From: Gonapodya sp. JEL0774
Lineage: Eukaryota
Direction of reading: 5' to 3'
Length of the DNA stretch: 64,000 nt
NCBI GenBank assembly: GCA_027604505.1
Contig: JADIIX010000008.1
Coordinates: forward strand, 62,001-126,000
Made by a program: the position numbers and the translations under genes. The notes beneath the pieces were generated by a model. The model had not been told where the DNA came from. It worked only from the letters and a program-made list of their open reading frames with translations, and ran no database searches. Positions 12,206-25,900 of this stretch are shown here, piece after piece; the stretch's first letter is position 1, and every line of letters begins with the position of its first letter.

Positions 12206-13616
12206 TCACTGAACATCCCCCACGACGCCACTTATTCCCTCACCCTCCCTTTCCTCATCAACACCGTCTCCAAAGTCCAACACCTCAAGGAAGGTTTGTG
12301 CATGCTCCCTCTGAACTGCACAAACTAGCCGCCTTTCGTCCATCCTCACCCTCCACACTCCGTGCACGTCCGGACCAGAAACAAGGTCCCTCAAAAATCT
12401 CCCGTACGTGACTGTGGTCGATAGGCCACCCGCTCCCATACCGTGACCGGACTGACCACCGTCTCGCTCCAGCTCCAGTCTGGCTGCCTGGGCTGGATCC
12501 GAGCAAAGTTCCCACAGTTTCACACCACCATCGCTTCCCGACACGATCCGATTCAAATGCGGGTCGTGGTGAAAGCAGGTTATCGCCGCGTCATGACCGT
12601 TGAGAGTCGCCAGGCACGCACCGGTGGTGGGGTTCCAAATGCGGAGAGTGGAGTCAGCAGAGGCGGAGACAAGATATTTGGGAGTGAGCTCAAGTGGTCC
12701 TACGATAGAAGTGTGCCCTAAATGATCGATTGAGTCGGGTAGAGAATGAGTAGTGTTGGCATGTTTCCTGCTCCTGATGCCCAACAGCCAACCAACCTTC
12801 CAGTTGGAACAATTTTGTGCCAGTCCTCACATCCCACACCATCACGGTCGCATCCATACTTCCACTCGCGGCTCTTTTTAATTCTGCACAGTATCCCACA
12901 CTGTACACCTTCTCCCTGTGTCCCGTCAACCTGTGCACCATTTCCCCACGACGAATATCCCACACACGGACAGTAGCGTCGTACGAACCAGATACGAGCA
13001 CGTTACCCGCGCAGGCAATGGCACGGACTGAGTTGAGGTGGCCAGAGAGCACGTGCAGCAAGTACGGATTCTCGCTTTGTGAACCCGACGCACTATTCCC
13101 ACCGGCCGTCACCACTGCTTCTGGTACATTGTACGGCGGGTCCACGTCCACGTTGGGAAGCCGCCAGACCCTGAGTGTTGAGTCCCTGCTCGCGGTCACA
13201 ATGACGGGCACCTCCGGCTCCATCTCTCCGGTCTCTGCATTCACCTGCGGCATCACGATCGCCAAACACCTCACGGTGCCGGTGTGTCCCTCAAACACGT
13301 GCGTGCACTTCCCGGTTGCCAAGTTCCAAACCCTGACAGTCGTGTCCGTCGAACCGCTGACAAGCGTATTCCCAAAATACTGGAGCACCCACACCTCTCC
13401 CTCATGACCCTCAAGCTTCCTCCTCAGTGCTCCTGTGCGGACATCGTACACATTTATCGTCCGATCATCCGACCCTGAAACAATCTTGTCATCATCGAAT
13501 TGGAGGGATGTCACCACGTTCTGGTTGTGACCAGGAAATGAGAGGAGCTTATACCGTCCCGTAGACCAATTACGGGAGGTGATGTGATGGCGACTGTTTT
13601 GAGATTGAGAAAGCAT
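12206..13616 (-). CDS. WD40-repeat protein, Cdc4/Fbw7-type propeller (no F-box recognised)
   Basis: RHHITSRNW..G, GHNQNVVTSLQFDDDKIVSGSDD, GHEGEVW, SGSTDTTVRVW, GHTGTVRCL, GHLNSVRA, GHTSIVG, SASADSTLRIW and a C-terminal LEVLDF. One intron at ~12715-12793. Confidence 0.85.
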
Positions 13617-13769
13617 TGAACTCGATGAAGGTGGCTGCCCCTGGGCGGCCAAAGGTTCCTATGTTTTCGTTGCCTGCGAATTCCCTATTCCACTCGCGTG
13701 GTCGGTCTGAGTGGAAGCCGCGGTTATTCGTGATCTCGGGCTTGTCGGGCGCAGCTGAGGACTTTGTAA

Positions 13770-13805
13770 TAATATATTGTGATATGTTGTGATCACAATA
13801 TATTA
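13770..13805. repeat. Perfect 14-bp inverted repeat with 8-nt spacer (TAATATATTGTGAT-N8-ATCACAATATATTA)
   Basis: Arms at 13770-13783 and 13792-13805 are exact reverse complements. Confidence 0.85.
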
Positions 13806-14158
13806 CACCCAGAGATCGATGAAAACAAAACTTCTTCTATATATGTGAAGCAAAACTGCGTCGGCAACGAACAAGAGTTCGGTTTGTGCGGTGTGGGCGG
13901 TTGTGGACTGAGAAGGGGTTCGGGGTTCGTGTTTTGGTGGACGTTGAATCTGTTTCTGATCAGGCAGGATCGTCGTGACCGCCTGAACCTTACATTTTCC
14001 ACTTTCTCTTTTTCCACCGCCCCAAAACCCTTCGTGGGTCTGAGCTGGATATCGATGAAAACAGAATAAATAGAAACGCTGAGAATACATGCACTACTTG
14101 ACTCCCATCCCCGGCAACGCGGACTCCAATTCCCCATCCTGCCAAACCACTCCCCACC

Positions 14159-17100
14159 ATGCTGACCTCCACTCCGCCTCCCACAGAGGTCGCCCCTCCC
14201 ACTTCACCATCCGTTCCTGCGCGCTACTACGCCGATTTGGATCCCCCCATCGTCAGGATCGATGCGGTCGGCGCGTTCTCAGGCCTCACCGAGGACGAAA
14301 AACGGTACGCACATCACCTGGCCAGAGCCGCTTATCACGGGACGCGGATCATTTTGCGGTGAGTGAAGGTATTTTGGTCGTGCACGATGATCGCACAGCA
14401 AAGGACTGATTGTCAACCAACCATGGCGTTGTGCTTCATGGTGTCCCCCATTTCGGGCAACCAACTCTCCCATTACCACGAGCCAGCCAACGCTCAATAG
14501 AATCCGAAGCCATCTTCTCTCTCGTCCTCCACCTCTTCTCACACAAGACGTTCGATGCTCTCAAAGAGGAATCGGGTCTCTCGGATCGAGACTGGAACGC
14601 CCTCCTTCAATACTCGGCACAGGTTCTATCGAACAATGGGAACTATAAAAGTATAGGTGACTCTATCATCGTACCGAGAGTACCGGAGTCCGAGTTTGGA
14701 AAAGTGGTTGCCGTGTGTGGAAGCGAAAAGGTCGGAATTTTGAGGGATTGTGTTCCTCCGGGCTTCGACCCGGCCCATCCACCTAATCTCAAACCTCCTT
14801 ATCTCAACATTCATGCTGACATTTCTGTTATCAGGCGCGCCCCCTTTTCGAATCTCACGCCGCCTCAATCTACGCCACCAACTTCTCTGAGAACCGCCTG
14901 CACCTTGGCTTCCTCGACGAGGGCCACCACACCGCGTTCTACTCTGGTCCCATCACTCAAGACGAAATCGGCCAGGTGCAAAAGGTGCTCGAGGCACATG
15001 GCGTGTCTCCGCTCAACACACGTCTCGAAAAATCCGCGGACGGGGAATTCCTACTGAAAGTCGCTTCGTCGGAGAAGAAGGAGAACAAGACTATGATGCT
15101 CCCTTCTGGCGGAAAAATTACGGTGGAGTTTGGAGATCATGCAGTCGAAATGGCCAAGGTGAGACGGAGCGAGTGGCTACGAATGTCACCATGACTCTTG
15201 TTCACCCCCCTCATCATGAAACGATTGTACACATTTTGCGATTTCCTTGTCAGATCGTCACCGAGATGAGGCAGGCCCTCAAGTACGCGCCCAATGACAC
15301 CGTCCGCAAAATGATCGAGCTCTACATCACGTCGTTCGAGACCGGCGACATGAACGCTCACAAAGAGAGCCAGAGGCTGTGGGTCAAGGATATCGGGCCA
15401 GTTGTAGAGGTGAGGGGGCCAAGTCACAAATCAAAGATGCCGGCCACCCCGTTGTTCACTTTTGCCAATCCACTGTACTGCAAAGACCAACCTCGGCTTT
15501 TTGGATCCTTCCCGAGAGTGAGTTTGCCCTTCAAAGCAGCTGTGCACATCCCCGATCAAGTGACGCCTGACACCATGTGCTCGTTGCTCCGAAGTCCGGC
15601 AGCGCTGCGCGCCGAGTGGGAGGGCTTCGTTGCTGTCGTAAACAAGGAGCGGTCGAGAAACTTTCAGGAGCTTGTCAAAAGAGGTGAGTGAAAAAGAGCC
15701 TCGATCAGCGTCCGGTTGAGTGGCAGCGTTACGTGAAAAATTGTCTGTAATGTGTTCGTTCCTGCCATCACATGTATCATGGTACGTCCACAGCGCCCGA
15801 GTTCATCAAGCAGCTGTAAGCTTTCGCACACACCGGTATTCTTGGTTGCTCCTTTACTCAAGATTTAATGACAGGCCGTGGACTGAAGATTTCGAGCCGG
15901 CGGTGTTCAGCAAACCCGACTTCACCTCGCTCGAGGTGCTGGCGTATGCTGCTGGATATCTCCCTGCGGGAATTAACATTCCAAATTACGACGGTGAGTT
16001 GGGGCTCATGCGCGGACTTGAACCCACAAAGGTGCTAAGACTGCCTCTCCCCATCATTTCCTGCCCGCAACCTCCAATGTCTTTGTGCTGGATACCCATT
16101 AAGATGTGAGGGTGACGGACGGGTTCAAGGTATACAAAATCTAAAACCTAATTTTGCCACAGAATTGACATAGATGTCTCGTCGGCTCTTAGAACGTGTC
16201 GCTCGGCAATGTGGTGAACGCTCAGATCGCCAACGTCAAACTGACCTTTGTCACCGACGCCGACGCTCAACTCATGGAGAAGCTCCGCGGGCAAGCCTAC
16301 GAGCTTCAAGTCGGAATTCACGAATTACTGGGTGAGTGCATCTCCGTTCGATGAGACTTAGCATGCCAGATCCTCATCCCCGAATATATGCTGTCTGTTC
16401 GAGCTAGGTCACGGCACTGGCAAGCTCTTGACTGAAGAATCCGCCGGAGTGTTCAACTTCGACAAAGACCACCCGCCCGTGTCGCCACTGGACGGGAAGC
16501 CAGTGACTTCGTATTACAAACCGGGCGAGACGTACTTTTCGGTGTTTGGTCCCATCGCGTCGTCGTACGAGGTGTGTGTGCATCCTTTTTTTGTTTCCCT
16601 ATCCGTTATCCTCGATAACGTTGTGCATTTTCTGACATGTTTTCCCAGGAATGCAGGGCAGAAGCGGTCTGTGAGTGGCTCGCATTGAACTTCATGACAA
16701 GACCTACCCGCTCACAGATCTTGGTTTGCATTTTCTTTTTTTTTCCCGCTTTTTTTTCTTTTCTTTTCTTTTTTTTTGTCGTCATCGTAGCCATGTATCT
16801 CTCTACATCTTCCGAAATCTTGGCCATTCTCGGCAACACGGACCCCGCTGATGCGGATGACGCGATGTATGTCTCGTACCTGATGATCGCTAGAGCAGGA
16901 GTTCTCTCACTTGAGTACTACCAGCCTAAAAAGAACTTATGGGGTCAGGTGAGCCGTTCGTTCAACTCTCTACGATTTTGGCACCAAACACTACTGACCC
17001 ATTGGTATCAGGCGCACGCTCGAGGCCGCTATGCCATTCTCCAATGCTTCCTCCGTGCCGGAGAAGGCTTTGTCCGCATCGAGGAGACAGCTGACAAAGA

Positions 17101-17477
17101 CCTCGTGATCTACCTCGACAGGAACAAGATCCGTTCGGTGGGAATGAAAGCGGTCGGAGAGCTTCTGCAGAAACTGCACGTATACAAGTGCACGGCAGAT
17201 ATCGAGAATGCAAAGAAACTGTATGAAGATCTGACTGCAGTACCAGAGGAATGGATGGGATGGAGGGATATTGTAGTGGTGAGCTGGTCAAAACGGTTGG
17301 TTTCGCATCTGCTTCCTCTCTCTGAGCATGACGCTATCGGATCTTCAGTCCAAAAAGCTTCCTCGTAAAGTATATATTCAGGGAAACTCGAAGATCGTGG
17401 ATGATATAGTGGTTTGGGTGGACTATGAGCCGACGCTGGAAGGGTTGATAACCAGCTGGTTGGAGAGACTTGTTTGA
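14159..17477 (+). CDS. DPP3: Dipeptidyl peptidase III (peptidase M49), multi-exon
   Basis: [63 protein letters not shown], intron-split [11 protein letters not shown] zinc motif, SYEECRAE, WGQAHARGR. Confidence 0.93.
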
Positions 17478-17741
17478 TTTCATCAGCACATGCATAGGCA
17501 GTAATGTTGGCACACAACTTTCAGTCATACCACCCCCCTTCTACAAGTGTGTGAGATTAATACATAGTGCCCACTTCATCAGTGAATGCAACTACTTGAA
17601 AGGTATATCCAATGCTATGTGCTGGGAGATGCAAATTAGCCACTCGTCACCAAGAAATGGACTCCCTCCAGACCACACTCCAATTCAAATCCGTCAAACA
17701 TTCCACAAGTCGCCATTGATCAGCACTGTGAGCGCTCCATG

Positions 17742-19785
17742 TTACACTCCTCCAACCTCTGTTTCTACCGTCCGCCAAAAACTCTCTGCTGTTTTCGTGT
17801 TAACATCCTCCTTACTTCCATTCTTGTCCAAGCTTGCTACCTTCATTTCTTTTCTCCCCGCACACCCACTCCCAAATGCTTCGTCCATTAGTTCGTCAAC
17901 ACATTGGACCACAAGGTCGCGGTCCGTCATTGCTGAGAGGTCGGGATCGGGGTCGGTTTCACCTGAGGTGGTCGTGACGGCGGCAAGGTGGCCGGAGATG
18001 GTGTTGCTGGCGGAACTGGGGGGAGGCATTGCCCCATCTGGCCCGCGGCGCCCACTCACAAAACCACCAGCGCGTGCAATCGACACAGTGGGGACACTCG
18101 TGGAGACAGCGCCGCGTAGTGGGTGGGGCGTGTAGGATGCGGTTGGCGCATGCCGCACCGGCACCGCGCCCGATGATGAGTGTCCAGGTCCGACACCTTG
18201 TTTCATATTCATTCTGCTCTTCGCAATGGTGAGTCTTGCGCGCACCAAGTCGTACGGTGCTTGAGATACTCGGTGTTCTCGCACAATCATGCCCGGAGGT
18301 GCCAGAGTGGAATATGAGTGGCTGTTCGATGATGACGGGGGTGCGAATGTCGTAAATATGCGGGTATCGGAGATGCGGACAAGCACGTGGTCAATGCGAA
18401 GGACATGACGCAGCAGGAGGAGAAAGGAGTGTGGCATGACGCGCTGTGTGGAACCGAAGAGTTCGTGAAATGTGGTGCGTAAGCACTGCCTGTATTCTCT
18501 TCAACACGAAGACTGCCGCAACCGACACTTGAAACTCACCACCTTCACAAGCAGCGCAGTTGAACCATTATCTGCCAACTCATCCTCATATAGCGGAACT
18601 TCGTCAAAGAACAAAATAGGGTCCCGCCGGCGAAGGAGTGCGTAGTCGATTGCAGGGATTGGTGTGGAAGCTGATATTACTTTGAAGTAGGAGGACTCCA
18701 TGGTTGGAGTTTTCGTGCGGATGGTGAGTGGTGGCGGACGGGGTGGATTTTGGTGACCAGTTGGTGGATGAGGGGGAATGGGAGACGGGCTCGAACTTCT
18801 GGAGGCCGTGAAGTTGCCGTCCTCCCCACCTCTAGCTTTGACATCCACAGCATCCCCACCTCCAATCTCGAGCATACTTCTTGCAGCACCATGATCAGCA
18901 CGCGCACCATCTACACCGCTTTTAGCACGGTCCATGTCACCGTTTCCTTGCGAGTCCTGCACCACCACATTCCCCTTATACACCCACGGCGTAAATGTCC
19001 AATCATACGGCTTGATTACCTGCAATCCATGAACTGCAAATTCTCCCCGCCCCCTACCCCGTCCCCATATCCCTGCCGCCTCCACTTCGACACCCTCTTC
19101 AGTTCGATCCGGGTTGACGTGGCGCAACGCGTCCGCAGCGTTGAATGTGAGTACAACGTGTGAAGGGTGATGGGTGAGGGTGATAACGTGGGAATTGAAA
19201 ACCATGTCGGGAACGTGGGGTAGGGGAAGCGTGGATGTTAGTCTGTGTTGTTGAGGCGGTCGAGAGTTAGTTAGATAGGCAAGAGAAACTGAGATGGGAA
19301 CAGTCAAAGTTTCTTCACATATCATTGTCATCGCTCGCCGAGACGGCAACGAGTTGGTTCATTGCTTGGAGCAACGTTGCTCCAACCCGAAATTTCACGA
19401 ATTCTTTTCTCCACGGGGCTCCCATCTTCAAATCTCCCCCACCTCCGACCCCGCGAACTCCCACTCACGCATCCAACTCTACCGAATTCAAAATCGTCCC
19501 CGATTTGACGGTTGTCACGGTCCATTGCAATGGATCTCCCTCATGCCCGTCGCCCGTCCCTCCATTCTCGCCACCGATTCGAATCCCACGTTCGATTACG
19601 GTAGCTGGAGGAATAGGGGGTGCAGCTATTGAAGGGATGCGTGATGCAGAGTGGGACGACGCAATTGGCGAACATGACGGTTGGAGTCGAGGGATGGAAG
19701 AAGAACGTGTAAAAAGCGAGTACGATGGGAAAGAAAGTGTGTGGGCAGTTGGAACAAGTCCAGGTGCGGGAACAATGGAATTCAT
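17742..19785 (-). CDS. TIP41: TIP41-like PP2A/TOR pathway regulator
   Basis: PDMVFN, KPYDWTFT, DPILFFDEVPLYEDELADNG, VRVMP..FLLLLR..LRIDHVLVRISDTRI. Start codon is uncertain. Confidence 0.85.
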
Positions 19786-20390
19786 TGTATCGGGATCTCT
19801 GGAGCGGAAGTGTGAGAACCTCAGTCTGATAAGTGTATACAAAGGATGGGTATTATAGATTGAATATGAATCCACAATTAAAGTCAATAATGACAGGAGA
19901 CAGGATCGCAAAAGGGGAGTGCCGAGATGACGGCCGAGAAAATGACGTTTCTCGCGGAATGGCGTTGCTAGGAATTCATTACCCAAGAAACTAATTTTAA
20001 ATGCACGCTGCTCATTCCACTTTTTCTTGTGATGTTACGCCATTGGCGCGTTAACTGATTGTGAAGAGTGGGCAGGTGTTCCGGAGCGGAGACGAGACAC
20101 ATGCCTTCAACCATGGTGCAAACTAAATAAATAGTTGTTGGAATAGGGCATGTCCTGTGGGGGGAGCCTCTGTGCGGTCGGCAGTGTTGTGTTAGCTATT
20201 GCATATCTGCCTGATCGACTGCCGTCTCATGCCGACTCAGCTTTGTGGAGACGGGCGCTTGGCGCTCGGGCCGCTCGCAAGAATGGAGCAATGGCGAGAG
20301 CTGCAATATGCTTATGGCAGGGGTGTTCGATGACGAAGGATTGCTCCGGCTGGATGGTATCGTGCATTTGGAAGTGGCTTCATGGAGAGA

Positions 20391-20846
20391 CTAAATTGAC
20401 CCGGTGAGCATCAAGTGACGGCTCGTCGCCCGTGTCTTTCGTTGTAGCTGAGATTTGCCAACTGCCTGTTCTAACGTGTCTGCAGCTCCACATCCTTCGT
20501 TCGCTCTACCATTTGACCCCCAACTTTGGCCCAGTTTCCCACAATTGTTTTTCTCTTTCCTCCCACTCGTCTTTCTTGATCTCCTGCATTTTCTCTCGCA
20601 GCCGTCCTCCAGCTCGGGGGCGCCCTTCATGTCAGAGGTCGGTGGTTCGCATTTGTGTATTGGGTCTTCCGATTCTGGTTCGCTTGCCATTTCATCGCCC
20701 CAACTGGCTTCCGTCTCTATCATTTGATTTATGTTCGCACCACTCAACATTGTGGAGGCGGGCGCGGATGGCACTGGAGCCGCTGGAATAGAGTGGGGCG
20801 AGAGCTGCAAAAATGCGTATGCCAAGAGTATTCGATGACGAAGCAT
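20391..20846 (-). CDS. Hypothetical small, possibly secreted protein
   Basis: 151-aa ORF with ATG start and a signal-like N-terminus (MLRHRILLAYAFLQL...AAPVP). A TATATAAG lies ~155 bp upstream on the same strand. No recognisable domain. Confidence 0.4.
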   Translation of the reverse strand: MLRHRILLAYAFLQLSPHSIPAAPVPSAPASTMLSGANINQMIETEASWGDEMASEPESEDPIHKCEPPTSDMKGAPELEDGCERKCRRSRKTSGRKEKNNCGKLGQSWGSNGRANEGCGAADTLEQAVGKSQLQRKTRATSRHLMLTGSI

Positions 20847-22972
20847 TGTATGGTGGGATCGGATTCATTGATAGGAGGATATTGTTTTTGAAAAGAACGA
20901 GTCAACGCGGTGAGTGTTTTGTGATGCCTCGTATTACTATTTCCTCGTACTCCTAGTTATTCACACGTCCGCGTTGATACACATTCCTCCTTTGCACTTA
21001 TACCACACCCTGTAGGATGCTGTATTTGTCGGACCTCTGCTTGTCCTTTCCTGCCTGCCGTAGTTCTCCAACTCAAGCATTGTCACCTTCTGGGTGGCTG
21101 GCCGCGTCGTCCCTGTTTAAAGCGGTTGTTCTCGAGAGCTGCAATATGATTATGCTAAGGGTAATCAACGACGAAACATTGGTCGGGTTGGAAGGGACCT
21201 TTCGGCTGGGAGGAGTTTTTCACGACAGAGTAGTTCAAGCTGGTGAGTCCTTACTGAAGTCTATTCCGTCGTCTCCTGAGCGGGCGAGTTTCTCCGATCG
21301 CTAGTCGATTCATACCTGCATTTTGCACGACATGCCTCATTTGTACTCCTCGTTACCCTTAACTCTATCCCGTTCTTCCGACAACTGCTACTGCGTTTTC
21401 TCCTCCTCGTAACTCTTGAGTTCACAGTCTTCATCTCGCAGCCTTCCTCGAATCATTGGATGGTAGTTGGAAAGGAACTTGCAGCTGGGTGATGTTTTGT
21501 AAACAGATGCAACTGGACATGCAGCACATCGCTCCAATTACCTTTGTATGTCATGGTGCCTCGAACTTGCTACCCCAAACCCCTTTCTCAATCATGTGCC
21601 TCTACGTTTATGATATCTCACGTCGCCCTGCATGCTCCCCTCGTGGCTTATTCGGTTTGCGAGCAGCTCCATGACTTTCCTGGTCTCCGAGGCGCATTAT
21701 CCGTCTACTAACTCGGTTGCACTCCCGCAAGTTTTGCTTTCCATGCATATCGTGCTGAAGGTATGTCTGGCTCTGGCGGGTGGTACTGTTGCTTGTTGGT
21801 GCATCGTTGCCACCAGATTTCTACTGTCTTCCCCAGTATAGAATCGCCATATCTACATTCGGCTTGAAACTGTGCGAATTCGTTTTGTGCCGCATATATT
21901 GTGTGGCTTGGGCATGTGCAGCTTGGTCAAAGGTCAACCGGCCAACACCCCCTGGTGGCTTTTGGTCAGGTAGATATGCACAACGCCCATTTAATAACCT
22001 GCTCGAATCCATAATCGCAGTGTATGGGTGCAGAAAGTATGAACTCTTCATGATGGTCTTGCACACATCCTCTGTGATTTGAAGTCACTCGTTCGGCTTT
22101 TCTTCCCATTACCTATTGTCTCAACACAGCACAGTTTCTACTCACTCTCACCAAGCAATTTCACCGGAAGGAAGCAGAGTCCTTGGTTATCCAACCAAGT
22201 TAGTGTGCGCCTAGTGGTTTGTGCACCGGTGTGGTGACCACAGTAGTGTAAACCACATAGTGTATGGTGACCACCGCAACTCTTCCAAGGTGCTCCACGA
22301 CGACGAGGACGAACTCCCGGGAAAGCGGTGAAGTCGATCATTAAAACAAGTGGAGAGGAGAACGAGTGGACGTAAAGCAGAGCGCTGGGAACCAGACTGG
22401 CAGTGCTTTCGAACTCTGGACAGATTGGGAGTTGTCTCCCTCGAAACTTTAAGGGAGGAGGGAATTTTGAATAGTATAAATTGGAAATAAACTGGGAAGG
22501 TTGAGAAACCCGCAGGTGAGCTTCAGAGGGGAAGATTGTGCAGTTGTGAGATGGGCGATGAAGGAAGACAGTTGTTTCAACACCGCATCATAGCGCTGTG
22601 TAATGTGAATGTGGAGTCTTCTGTACGGCTGAGGGGGTCCCATTATTTGGTCGACCCGTGGGTAACGTTTGTCCTAAAAAGGGGATTGTTGAAGTTGAAT
22701 CAAGGAGCCCACGCATGGTTGGAGGTGAGGAGCATGCACGGGGATCAAGGAGTTCAAGAGGAGACTATTCGTCAAAAGATTAGAAGAGTGGGTGTGTGGC
22801 GGTCGGAGGGGTGGGGACGGAGTAATGTCGACAGGAAATGGGAGCGGATACTCCTGGAGTCGAATCCCAGGAACCTCATGAAACCTCATTATAGTAGTCG
22901 AATCTTTTGGTCTTGCTACCGTGGATCCCTCACCTTCGGACTTGCCTTCCTCGCCAGCAGATTCTTCCTCCT

Positions 22973-25900
22973 ATGTACAGAGACCGTGACCGGGTCCGTG
23001 AGAGGGACAGACCGCTGGACCGGGGGATGGACAGAGGATTTGACCGAGTTGTTGACCGAGGACCGGATCGCGGACTTGACAGGCTCGACAGACTTGAGAG
23101 ACCACACGACCGCTTTGATCGTGAATTGTTTGAGCGGGATCGTGTCGATCGCGACAGAGACCGTCTCTCCCTCGACCGACTTGCTCTCGAGCGTGTGGAC
23201 CTCGAGCGTGATCGCGAGAGAGAGCGCGAGAGAGAGCGCGAAAGAGACCGAGATCGAGATCACTTTCCCCAGCACAGAAATTATCGGATACCTGTGCCAC
23301 CTCCTCAACAACGGTCGTACCCAACTTCTCCTCCGTCATCTCGAGGGTCCTTATCCAGAAACGCAGGAGCTGGCAGTGGTAGCAGTGGACTTGGCATCGG
23401 AGGGGGTGCGGTTGGTGGTGCTCACTGGGATACGCGAGAGTCCCCATATTCGCCACCACCTCCCCCACCTCCTCGCACGGTCGATCGCTATGAAAGATAT
23501 GCCCCACCTCCACCTCCTTCACCTCCACCCCCCAGCGACCCGGATTTATGGTCCTCCCTCCACACCCGCCCACCCCCCCCACCAACAAGCACCGACGTTT
23601 CCACGACGCCCAACAAAGCTCGTCATACTTCATCGTCAACATTGCCAATCAATACTCACACCCCCCTTCCGCCACCACCACCGCCTCTGCCGAGCCCTCT
23701 TGCGCCACCTCCACCACCGCCAACCATCGTCCCCCTAGGAGGATCGGGGGAGGGTCAAGCCCCGGCTCCACCACCTCCCCCGCCAGTTTTGGAGCAGCAA
23801 GGATATGGCGGTAGAAGAGACACCTCGCCTAAGAAAGGTTTTCTCAGTAACGGCTCCAATCCAACTGGCGGTGTTGGTGGCGGTACAGACCGGATGGGGG
23901 ACCAACCCAGGGCCCCACCACCGCCTCCACCAAATTACCAACATACTCACGATGGACGAGGGCTGGGTCCTAGTTCTGGGCCTGCACGCGGCAGCAATGG
24001 CGGCGGTTCTGCTCAAATTGGACGAGGCGGCATTGGTGGAGGAGGGGGAAGGAGCGGTGGCACTGGTCGTGGCAGCTTTGTACATCATTTTCACCCCCTT
24101 CAATCGCAGGCACCTCCGACATTGACCTTACAGATGCCTCTTCTCATGGTACCCGTCGGGCCGCCCCTGCCGCTTAGGGGGGGGATGGGAACGGCGAGCG
24201 GAGGTCATTGGGAGGGAAGTGGTGGTGCACGGGTGGGGAGAGGGGTGAGTATATTTTGGAGAATAGGTGCGACGGTGAAATGTTTTTGGGGGAGAGAAAA
24301 GGGAAAGGAGACTTTGCAATTGGGAGAATGCAGTGTCGAGGTATCAGCTTGTGTGTGATGTGGCTCACGGGCTGCGATGCTCACATTTTTGGAGTTTGGG
24401 AATTGAGCAGGAGGTCCAGATGCGGTTGAGGCGGAGCCCAGACCCTCGTTATATAACTTTTTGTGATAACTGCTGACGAGAATGTCCTCCCTCCACGCAA
24501 CTGCCCCAATCTCGTACGGTTTGCTTGACGCTCTTTTACTTTCTGTTCAAGTCACTTCCTCCACCACCTGGTTTCCCTACCAATTACCCAGAACCAACGT
24601 ACCACCCCAGCCAGAACTCAAATCACATTCCCAATCAAATCCAACCGCAACACCACACTCCTCCTCTTCTTCCCCCGCATCATCAAGGTCAACACCACGC
24701 ACAACCACAGTTTACAACCCAACATGAACAAGGACGATCCTCTTACCAAGCCTTCCCCCCGTACCCTCCACCGCCACCAATCAGTGCGGCTGGTGACCAC
24801 ACTTCCTCAGCGCCTGTATCCTCTTTAACAGCTTCAGTAATCCCGTCTGCCAATTCCAGTCTCCTACAGCCGCCTTCTGCCGCGTTTCCTCCGTCAGCCG
24901 TTGTTGTCTCCTCCGACCCCTCTGATCATACTCCCCCGAAATCTGTCCTCCCCGCATCCAACGTTGCCGGAGAAGCCCAGGCCCAGGCTGAGGCTGCAGA
25001 TTTCGTTGAGTTGGAACTCCGGGTGGGTCGCGCGGCCGCCAAGAGGGTAATGATGCGACTAAATGAGGATGTTTTTGAGAGAAGAGAGCAGGTAGGGGAG
25101 GGTACATACGGGTAGGTTTCATATTGGTTGAAGTGGCGACCTGTTTGGACTGTCTTCACATTTTATTACTACATTCTCCCACCCCTCGTCGCATCCTCGG
25201 CCGTGCACCCCCTCCACAATCACACTGAACGATCAACCTCTTCTAGCAAAGTCTACAAAGCTGTCGACCGGGCGACTGGCACGATGGTCGCCCTCAAGAA
25301 GATCCGTATGGAGACGGAGAGGGAAGGCGTGAGTGAAGTAGCGGAATTTGTGCTAATTGGTCGTGGGTAATATTTTCATTCCAATTCCGAAGTTCCCGTT
25401 CACGTCCCTGCGTGAAATCAAGCTTCTCGTTCGATTAAGACACCCAAATGTGGTGGGCGTGAGAGAGATTATGAGTATGCCCGAGGAGAAGATCGAGAAG
25501 GAAAAAGAAAAGGGGCAGGGGCAAGGGAGAGGTGAGTTTCTGTTCTGGTCATTAGCTGCGGCTGGTTGTTTGCTGCAAACGTTTCCGGAACATCTCTTTC
25601 CCCTCACCAGACCGCCCCCGCATCCCCAGCTATTTTCTTGTTCTCGACTACTACGACCACGACCTCGCCGGCCTCATTGCCCACCCCTCTGTGTATTTCC
25701 CTCCATCCCAGCTCAAATGCCTGTTCCGTCAACTCCTCCTCGGTCTGCAGTTCCTGCACTCTCGTGGCGTCCTTCACCGTGACATCAAGGGATCCAACTT
25801 ACTGATATCCGCAAAGGGGGTTCTCAAGCTAGCGGATTTCGGTCTAGCTAGGGATCTGAGCAAGAAGAGAGAGTGGGGATCGAGGCTTCTACACGATGAA

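Noticed and set aside
22975..23262. Tandem-like GACCG/GAGAGA repeats resembling an array
   Set aside because: They encode RD/RE dipeptide repeats of the kinase N-terminus and lack a CRISPR repeat-spacer structure.
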